Source: Synergistaceae bacterium
GTDB taxonomy: Bacteria; Synergistota; Synergistia; Synergistales; Acetomicrobiaceae
Assembly (NCBI GenBank): GCA_012518015.1
Contig: JAAYTM010000107.1
Span: 11,862 to 75,861 of the forward strand
Length of the DNA stretch: 64,000 nt
Direction: 5' to 3'
Notes under the pieces: generated by a model
The model's input: only the letters and a program-made list of their open reading frames with translations
Told to the model about the DNA's origin: nothing
Databases searched by the model: none
Made by a program: the position numbers and the translations under genes
Shown: positions 58,479 through 64,000 of the stretch, in pieces
How the letters are laid out: each line of letters opens with the position of its first letter
How positions within the stretch are numbered: position 1 is the stretch's first letter

Positions 58479-59624
58479 CTACATTCTTAGCAACTTCATA
58501 ATAAAGTTTTCTCGAACCTCCATGGCGCCCGTTGGGCACATTTCATGACAGCAAAGGCATTTGACACAGATTCGTCTGTCGATTTCAGGCAAGGGGTTCA
58601 TCTTAATGGCGCTCTTGGGGCAAACCTTAACGCAAACGCCACACCTAATGCAGTTAACTTCTTGAAGATGAGGGCTCAAGGCTACCCATCTATGTGCCCA
58701 ACCCCTCAACCACGTTGGAAGCATTCTCGATGAAGAAGCTCTTTTAGCGAATCCCTTTATTTCCAAATTATCCGGATCTATGCCAATTATGGTTATATCG
58801 CTCATTGAAGAAGGTCCTATTCCCCTTTTAGCGGCTAAGTTTATCAAGGGAATGTCTAAGGGATCTTTATATCCCATTGCTTTTGCTGCTACAAAATCAA
58901 CTGCCAAAGCGTTTTCGGACGCCATTAAAAGGCCTGCAAACCTTGGTTTGCCGTGAGTTGGACCGTTTCCTTCCATTGCGTAAATGCCATCCAAGATATT
59001 TATCTTCGGAGGGTTTATTGAGTATAGGTCTATTATTGCATTGCATAGCCTATTGATCGACGTGGACAAGTGAGCCTTTTTTCGCGTGTCCGTGTCAGCT
59101 ATACCAAAACAGTTTTTCACACAGGCCGTAATTTCCGTTTCAACATGCGTCTTTAATTTAGCTATATTCACCACGAATGGTGCTTCATAATAACGTTTTG
59201 ATACGGAGAGGTCTTTTAAGACAACATTAGAAGGTCGTTTGAGTGTCACGAAGCCAGCGTCCGATAAGATTGTAGCGACAGCGTTGCCATCGTCTTTTAC
59301 AGCATCCAACATACCAGTTAGCTTTAAAAGCTCTTCTTTTTTGTCTGCATGAAGATGTCCTGGAGAGTCTGCGACGGTTATTTTCCCCGAAAAGCCACTG
59401 TTTCTGACGAGCTTAATTAAAGCCCTCACAACAGAAGGATGAGTTGTGACGGCTTTGTCAGGCGGTTTTGGGGCGAGAAGGTTTGTCTTGAAAAGGAGCT
59501 CGTTGGGCATATTGGTCTTAGGCCATCCCCCGATCATCTCTAAAGCGTCGGCCAAAGCATTGTAAACCTCGTCTGCTTCATAGGAAGAACAACGACTTAC
59601 CGATACCAGAAACTTATCTGTCAT
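58479..59624 (-). CDS. DUF362 protein with C-terminal 2x[4Fe-4S] ferredoxin domain
   Basis: KTNLL, TTHPSVV, KLKTH, KNCFG, MEGNGP; CIRCGVC..CP and CVKCLCC..CP. Confidence 0.88.
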   Translation of the reverse strand: MTDKFLVSVSRCSSYEADEVYNALADALEMIGGWPKTNMPNELLFKTNLLAPKPPDKAVTTHPSVVRALIKLVRNSGFSGKITVADSPGHLHADKKEELLKLTGMLDAVKDDGNAVATILSDAGFVTLKRPSNVVLKDLSVSKRYYEAPFVVNIAKLKTHVETEITACVKNCFGIADTDTRKKAHLSTSINRLCNAIIDLYSINPPKINILDGIYAMEGNGPTHGKPRFAGLLMASENALAVDFVAAKAMGYKDPLDIPLINLAAKRGIGPSSMSDITIIGIDPDNLEIKGFAKRASSSRMLPTWLRGWAHRWVALSPHLQEVNCIRCGVCVKVCPKSAIKMNPLPEIDRRICVKCLCCHEMCPTGAMEVRENFIMKLLRM

Positions 59625-60351
59625 TCACTTTTCCTCCCGATGCAAAAAGACATAAATTGTGCTCATTTAAGGGGCATACTTCGCATTTAGGCTTCCTGGC
59701 CATGCATATGTTTCTACCGTGAGAAATAAGGTCTAGGTGGGCGGACCAGTATAAATTTTCAGGAACAGTTAATTCCATGATCTCTTGAATTTCACGAGGG
59801 CTCCTTTGAGGATGGACCCATCCAATCCTTTTGCATATACGACTTACATGTGTATCGACTGGGAAGGCAGGTATTCCTAGATCAAACAGTAAAACGCATG
59901 CGAGGGTTTTGGGGCCGACGCCAGGAAGAGAGCTTAGAAATTCAATTATATCTTCTTTTTTCATCTTTCGTAGTTGCTTGAGGCTGCAGTTGCCAAATCG
60001 ATTTGCTATGATCTTGAGTGTTTCTTTAATTCTAGAAGCCTTAATATTGGACAAGCCAGCAGGCCTAATAGCAGCCGCTATTTCGTCATGAGTGGCTTTT
60101 AGCACATCGCTCCACTGCGAAAAACGTGATTTTAAAAGCTTGTAAGCTTGATCTCTATTTTTGTCGTTTGTATTTTGTGACAATATTGTCAAGATTAAAC
60201 CATCCAGTGGTTCTTCTCGTATTTTCTTGGCGGGTCGCAGGCGACCCCACAAACCCGCCAAAATCTCTATGACGCTCAGTACCCATTGCTGGTCTGGAAG
60301 ATCGAAGTTGTTGGAGCTTGGCGAAGGGTACTTTTTCGCCAAGGTTGTCAT
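59614..60351 (-). CDS. nth: Endonuclease III / HhH-GPD DNA glycosylase with Fe-S cluster
   Basis: ILSQNTND, LPGVGPKT, FPVDTHV, C-x6-C-x2-C-x7-C. Confidence 0.87.
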   Translation of the reverse strand: MTTLAKKYPSPSSNNFDLPDQQWVLSVIEILAGLWGRLRPAKKIREEPLDGLILTILSQNTNDKNRDQAYKLLKSRFSQWSDVLKATHDEIAAAIRPAGLSNIKASRIKETLKIIANRFGNCSLKQLRKMKKEDIIEFLSSLPGVGPKTLACVLLFDLGIPAFPVDTHVSRICKRIGWVHPQRSPREIQEIMELTVPENLYWSAHLDLISHGRNICMARKPKCEVCPLNEHNLCLFASGGKVNDR

Positions 60352-60387
60352 ATCATCGTTTCCTCCCGAGCGACTTCTGACTTTGTT

Positions 60388-62853
60388 TTATTCTTTTTCA
60401 TCATTATTTTTTTCATCATTTTCTTCATCGTTCTCATCTTTTTCTTTTTTTCGGAGTTTCCTTCTAAGTTTCGCTGCCTCTTCCATAAGAGATCTAAGTT
60501 TTTCCTTGACCTTGCCATGAACAGAATCTTTGGGATATTCACCTGATTCATCGGGTACGCCTGCTGGAACGCCCGTCAAAATTTCTAGACCCTGATCGAC
60601 GGTCTCTATTGCCCATATGTTGAATTCACCATTTTCTACGGCCTCTATAACCTCATGATCTAGCATCAAGTGAATTAAATTCTGTTTAGGGATCACAACA
60701 CCCTGCTTACCTGTCAAGCCACGGAGTTTGCAGTACCTAAAAAATCCCTCGATCTTTTCGTTTACCCCTCCAATGGGTTGAATGTTACCAAATTGATCTA
60801 CCGAACCGGTGACTGCGATGCCCTGCTTGAGCGGGTAATTGGAAAGAGACGACAGTAAACAGTATAACTCCGTCGAGGAAGCACTATCGCCTTCTATTTC
60901 CTCGTAAGTTTGCTCGAAGGCGATCCTTGCCGATAAAGTTAACGGCATGTCCTGGGCGTATTTTTTGCCCAAGTAGCTTGAAAGTATCATTAAACCTTTG
61001 TTATGAATGGGCCCTGTAAGTTTGACCTCTCTTTCGATGTTAACGACCCCTTCTTGTCCCATATAGACGTTGGATGTGATCCTTACCGGATGGCCAAAAG
61101 TGTGATCCCTCATGCCTATAACGGTAAGTCCATTTATCTGCCCAACCCTTTCGCCATCGGCTTCAACGCGAAGGATTCCATCCTCAAAGGCCTTAAACAT
61201 GCGATCTTCTATTAAACTGACTCGATAACGCATCTCGCTAACTGCCTTTCGAACGTGTGTAGCTTCTACTACTTCTTTGTCCTCTTCTTTGGCCCAAGCC
61301 GTTGCCTCGATCAATACCTCTGTTATTTTATTCATTTGCGTTGTCATTCGACGTTGATGATCTGCCAATCGAGAGGCAAATTCTATTACTTCGCCCACTG
61401 CCTCCCTATCAAAGGGAAGTAAGTTTTCCTGTTGCGTGTATTCTGCTACAAAGATAGCCATATCGTATTCAGTGGCTTCGTTTCGCGGCATATCCACGTC
61501 AAAGTCCGCCTTTATTTTAAAAAGCTCAGAGAATTCCTTGTCATATAAGCTCAGCAAGTAGTAAATTAGTCGAGTACCTACGATCACAACCTTGATGTTT
61601 AATGGAATTGGCTCGGGTCTCAGGGAGGAAACGGGTATAAATCCGAGCTGTTCTCCCAGGTTTTCTATGGTCAATTGGTCATCTTTAAGGGCGCGTTTTA
61701 GCGCATCGTAAGACAAGTACTGCCTTAATAATTCCTCTGCCTCAAGGACTAAGTATCCGCCATTTGCCCTGTGAATTGCGCCGGCAACTATTTTTCTAAA
61801 GTCCGTGTAAAGATGACCTTGTCTGCTTTCATATTCCACCTTACCCATTAGATTGTAGTATGTGGGGTTAGATTCCCTGACCACCGGCGCGCCTTCGTCC
61901 GGGTCGTTGCTGACAAAGACATTGACCATATATTTCCCAAAATCCACTTCTATGCTTTCATCTCTTGCAGCAGCGACGAAAATGTTGAAGTTTTTGATCA
62001 CGTCTTCCTCCATGGAATCGAGCCATTTCGACAGCTTTTCCGATTTTGCGTACTTTTCCCTGACCTCATTTAAAATGGGGTTTATGGCATTACGTGAGAT
62101 GTTTCTTTCTAGCTCTCTAATCCGATCCTTTAATCCCTTCTCGAGATCTCTAATTCTTCTTAAGGTATCTAAGGTGTGTTGGGATATCTTTTCTGATATC
62201 TCTTGCAACCTTTTCCGTTCTTCATCTGAAAGGGCCTCAAACTCTTCTTGCTGCATTTCTCTGTACACTACCTTGCCCTCTTGCTCAATCTTGACCAGCG
62301 GTATGTTTACGAAGCCTTGCGGGGTGCGTTTTATGATGAATCCGTTCTGTTGAGCTATATTTCTTAAACGCTCCATCAATTCGTTAACTTGTTCTTGAAA
62401 TTCCTTGACAAGTTGAGCCTTTGCATCCTCGTACTGACTATCCTCAAAAGCCTTGCTTAAGGTCGATTTGAGCTCCTCAATAACTTCCGTTATTGATCGG
62501 GCAAACCTTTTACCTTCTCCTGCGGGCATGTTTATTTCCATTGGCGAGCTTGGATTATCGAAATTGTGCACGTAAAGCCAGTCATCCGGAGCAGGCAATT
62601 TTTTTGCCCTCGCTTCAATTTGCCTCATGGCATAGGTCATGCGGCCGCTTCCGGGATTGCCCACTACAAATATGTTGTACCCTTTCTTGTCGAGTGACAA
62701 CCCAAAAGAAACCGATTTTGCCGCCCTTTCTTGGCCTATTAGTCTTTTATCACTAACGAGATCTGCCGTGGTGATAAAGTCGAACTTTTCAATAGGAGAT
62801 TTGAAGCGGAGCGACTCCTTAGGCACTCTTTTTTCCTCTAGCAAAGATGACAT
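60388..62853 (-). CDS. LonC-type Lon-like protease (AAA-like module with coiled-coil insertions plus S16 protease domain)
   Basis: IGQERA, degenerate Walker A GNPGSGRM, HRANGGYL, EGDSASS (Ser) and GGVNEK (Lys) dyad. Confidence 0.9.
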   Translation of the reverse strand: MSSLLEEKRVPKESLRFKSPIEKFDFITTADLVSDKRLIGQERAAKSVSFGLSLDKKGYNIFVVGNPGSGRMTYAMRQIEARAKKLPAPDDWLYVHNFDNPSSPMEINMPAGEGKRFARSITEVIEELKSTLSKAFEDSQYEDAKAQLVKEFQEQVNELMERLRNIAQQNGFIIKRTPQGFVNIPLVKIEQEGKVVYREMQQEEFEALSDEERKRLQEISEKISQHTLDTLRRIRDLEKGLKDRIRELERNISRNAINPILNEVREKYAKSEKLSKWLDSMEEDVIKNFNIFVAAARDESIEVDFGKYMVNVFVSNDPDEGAPVVRESNPTYYNLMGKVEYESRQGHLYTDFRKIVAGAIHRANGGYLVLEAEELLRQYLSYDALKRALKDDQLTIENLGEQLGFIPVSSLRPEPIPLNIKVVIVGTRLIYYLLSLYDKEFSELFKIKADFDVDMPRNEATEYDMAIFVAEYTQQENLLPFDREAVGEVIEFASRLADHQRRMTTQMNKITEVLIEATAWAKEEDKEVVEATHVRKAVSEMRYRVSLIEDRMFKAFEDGILRVEADGERVGQINGLTVIGMRDHTFGHPVRITSNVYMGQEGVVNIEREVKLTGPIHNKGLMILSSYLGKKYAQDMPLTLSARIAFEQTYEEIEGDSASSTELYCLLSSLSNYPLKQGIAVTGSVDQFGNIQPIGGVNEKIEGFFRYCKLRGLTGKQGVVIPKQNLIHLMLDHEVIEAVENGEFNIWAIETVDQGLEILTGVPAGVPDESGEYPKDSVHGKVKEKLRSLMEEAAKLRRKLRKKEKDENDEENDEKNNDEKE

Positions 62854-63938
62854 GTGTTCTTACCTCCTTTAAGCTTCAAATTTCTTTTACTGCTGGAATT
62901 GGTGGAATCACCTATAATACCCCCGCCCATGACGATTTCTCCATCGTAGATTACTAGCGATTGGCCAGGTGCAACACCCCAAAAGGGAGTTTCAAGTGCT
63001 TCGACTATAAATTGATCATTGTCAAGGCAGGATAATACAACAGGCTTAGGTGTCGTTTTGTACCTATGTTGTGCTGTATATACTTCTCCAGTTTCTGGTC
63101 TTTCGAGCCAATGGGGATTAAAGCATTTTACAGTTCGCCTATATAAATCTTCTTTTCTACCAACTATTAAAGTGTTATCATGCTCCTTAATGCTTAATAC
63201 ATACCATGGCCCATTTGATAACCCCAATCCTTCCCTTTGTCCAACTGTATAAAAGATTGCTCCTTCGTGGCATCCAAGAAAATCGCCTTGCGAGGATATT
63301 ATGGGACCTTTTTTTGCCCTTATCTTGGCAGAGATAAAATTCCTTAAAGTTTTTCGCTCGCTTAAAAAACATAGGTCTACACTTTCTCGGACATCGCTGA
63401 ACATGTCTCCAAAGATCCCTTTAGCCTTATCTTTTACTTCGGCCTTTGTCCACACTCCCAAAGGGAAAATTATTTTGCCCAACCATTCCTTCTTGAGACG
63501 GTAAAGCATATAGCTTTGTTCCTTTTTTGAATCCTTGCCACGAGCCAGATGATAATTCGAATTGTTTTCAATAATTCTAGCATAATGTCCCGTTGCGACG
63601 AAATCAGCGCCCAATTTTTTAAGCATCTCAAACAAGGTTTTAAATTTAATACTTGGATTGCAAAGTATGCAAGGATTTGGTGTGTTTCCCCTAGAGTAAG
63701 AGTTGATGAAGGGTTTTATGACCTCGTTTTTAAATTTTTCCTTTGCGTCGACGAAATAGCACGGGATATTTAAAAAATGGCAGACATCTTTCGCTCTTTC
63801 AGCATCTTCTTCATGGTTATCTGACATAAGCAGATGACAACCAATTACATCATAACCATGTTGCAATAATAACGCCAAGGCGAATGAGCTATCGATTCCG
63901 CCACTTATGGCTGCTATCACTTTCACCTTGGAGATCAC
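62838..63938 (-). CDS. mnmA: tRNA U34 2-thiouridylase MnmA
   Basis: SGGIDS, TPNPCILCN, ATGHYAR, QSY, TVGQR, APGQ motifs. Confidence 0.95.
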   Translation of the reverse strand: MISKVKVIAAISGGIDSSFALALLLQHGYDVIGCHLLMSDNHEEDAERAKDVCHFLNIPCYFVDAKEKFKNEVIKPFINSYSRGNTPNPCILCNPSIKFKTLFEMLKKLGADFVATGHYARIIENNSNYHLARGKDSKKEQSYMLYRLKKEWLGKIIFPLGVWTKAEVKDKAKGIFGDMFSDVRESVDLCFLSERKTLRNFISAKIRAKKGPIISSQGDFLGCHEGAIFYTVGQREGLGLSNGPWYVLSIKEHDNTLIVGRKEDLYRRTVKCFNPHWLERPETGEVYTAQHRYKTTPKPVVLSCLDNDQFIVEALETPFWGVAPGQSLVIYDGEIVMGGGIIGDSTNSSSKRNLKLKGGKNTCHLC

Positions 63939-64000
63939 ACGCCTTTTGTCAATTTATGTAATTGTAAAATTAACGTCGGGATAAGAGCGCTTGTCAATAT

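Noticed and set aside
60161-60551. Met/Lys-rich and Phe/Ser-rich short ORFs
   Set aside because: Alternate-frame readings of the low-complexity LonC tail
63945-64000. mnmA promoter (TTGACA on the - strand near the window end)
   Set aside because: No -10 element at acceptable spacing (TACAAT is 25 nt away) and the context is truncated

Overview
Almost entirely core chromosome of an anaerobic bacterium. The gene set and order (compact dcw cluster with meso-DAP-type MurE, Prp plus extended L27, tandem MoeA, LonC, YSC84/SYLF protein) suggest Synergistota, perhaps Acetomicrobium-like; this is inference, not a database result. Positions 1-29.4 kb are one co-directional + strand run: mraZ-rsmH-ftsL-ftsI-murEF-mraY-murD-ftsW-murGC-ftsQ-ftsA-ftsZ, a radical SAM gene, a SPOR gene, moeA-moeA/PBP-moaA-moaC-mog, rapZ-yvcK-whiA, gap-pgk-tpiA. 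Positions 29.6-56.5 kb are mostly - strand housekeeping genes: rsfS, LCP, nadD, obg, rpmA-prp-rplU, recN, nadK, tlyA, dxs, ispA, xseB, thiN, ftsK, tldD, rlmB, uvrAB, ftsH, hpt, tilS and three tRNAs, with rpmB on the + strand. The window ends with hisC-yerC (+) and mnmA-lonC-nth-DUF362 (-). I see no mobile element, CRISPR array, prophage or defence island, and no clearly new multi-gene system. The best leads are fine-scale: (1) rsfS has no canonical in-frame start, implying AUC initiation or a -1 frameshift from a 9-codon uORF; (2) the GAPDH carries NADP-type signatures; (3) a long inverted repeat could hide the yerC RBS only in hisC read-through mRNA; (4) a thermometer-like stem covers the SYLF gene RBS; (5) a radical SAM and SPOR pair directly follows ftsZ; (6) a degenerate MOSC-like domain is fused to MogA/MoaB in a Moco cluster lacking moaDE.
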